A DNA stretch of 64,000 bases from Gaiellales bacterium. GTDB lineage: Bacteria > Actinomycetota > Thermoleophilia > Gaiellales > F1-60-MAGs149. The notes beneath the pieces were generated by a model. It ran no database searches. It had not been told where the DNA came from and worked only from the letters and a program-made list of their open reading frames with translations. Below, in pieces: positions 63,435 through 64,000 of this stretch; the first letter of the stretch is position 1, and each line of letters starts with the position of its first letter. A program made the position numbers and the translations under genes. The stretch spans positions 6,013 through 70,012 of the forward strand of contig JBCKBR010000001.1 in NCBI GenBank assembly GCA_038911065.1. The letters are read 5' to 3'.

Positions 63435-64000
63435 ATGAAACTCCTTTCCTTCTCTCCCTTCAATAACGTCTGGGTCCATGCTTTCCCTCAGGCACTGCTC
63501 GCCGAAAGCGCTCAACGTAGCGGCTTTGACGTGGACTTCGTGACGTGCGGGGGGCTTCTTCGCGACCACTGTGTGGCGATGGACGAAGCCAACATCGCCG
63601 TCGATGCAGACGACGCGACTCGTGGTCGCGTGTGCGCGACCTGCACGGCAAGAGGAGCGACGCTTACGACTGCTCTTGGCCTACGACAGCGAACACTCAG
63701 CGAGTTCTTCTCCGCCACCGATGAGGATTGGGTTGTCGAGCAGGTCGCGCGTGTTCGGTCGGACACGTGGCAGGATTTCGAGGTCGATGGCATCCAGGTT
63801 GGACGGTATGCCTCGTACGAGTTTTTGCTCAAGTACAAGATCAACCAGTTGATAATTCCCAACGAGTTGTTCTCGGTCTATCAAGGCCAGCTAGCCAACG
63901 CACTACGAACGCTCGTTGTAACTCCGCGACTGCTCACCGAGTTACAGCCCGATCGGGCGATCGCCTACAACACGCTGTACTCGCCCAATCGCGTGTTTAT
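63435..64000 (+). CDS. Hypothetical protein, 3' end outside the window (not in the supplied ORF track)
   Basis: ATG 63435 opens a frame with no stop to nt 64000 (188 codons: MKLLSFSPFNNVWVHAFPQALL ... AIAYNTLYSPNRVF). The composition looks coding and non-repetitive. Function unknown. Confidence 0.6.
   Translation, partial: MKLLSFSPFNNVWVHAFPQALLAESAQRSGFDVDFVTCGGLLRDHCVAMDEANIAVDADDATRGRVCATCTARGATLTTALGLRQRTLSEFFSATDEDWVVEQVARVRSDTWQDFEVDGIQVGRYASYEFLLKYKINQLIIPNELFSVYQGQLANALRTLVVTPRLLTELQPDRAIAYNTLYSPNRVF

Overview
This is a 64-kb segment of a high-GC bacterial chromosome; typical 60-nt lines hand-count at about 65-70% G+C. Gene content and order look Actinomycetota-like: a mihF-gmk-rpoZ-coaBC block, a pyrR-led pyrimidine operon, and several -10-like hexamers 6-7 nt upstream of start codons that suggest leaderless mRNAs. 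The taxon cannot be fixed without a search. Layout: (i) 0-5.1 kb holds a sugar ABC importer, a GH4 hydrolase and a BadF-type sugar kinase. (ii) 5.2-6.2 kb is a tRNA-Glu / vapBC / tRNA-Gln islet. (iii) Next come lgt, a heterodimeric ABC exporter with one degenerate ATP site, RNase Z and hypothetical membrane proteins. (iv) 14.8-15.9 kb holds a RAYT-type HUH transposase bracketed by seven copies of a 36-nt palindromic REP element. More copies or larger palindromic derivatives lie at 11.1, 20.0 and 49.1 kb, and decayed pieces at 5.15, 12.18, 13.76 and 25.93 kb. (v) 15.9-24.8 kb is pyrR-pyrB-pyrC-carA-carB-pyrK-pyrD. (vi) mihF-gmk-rpoZ-coaBC follows. (vii) From 27.6 kb to the window end lies a ~36-kb mosaic cell-envelope glycan locus. 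It has 7 GT4, 2 GT2, 1 CgeB-like GT, 2 ArnT/PMT-like GT-C membrane enzymes, 2 flippase candidates, 5 methyltransferase-like genes, and two gmd paralogues plus fcl. The housekeeping operons pheST and pdhABC interrupt it. The strongest signals are the REP/RAYT system with its nested palindrome family and the twin GT-C modules of the glycan locus. All product calls rest on motif recognition by eye; no database search or computation beyond hand counting was possible.
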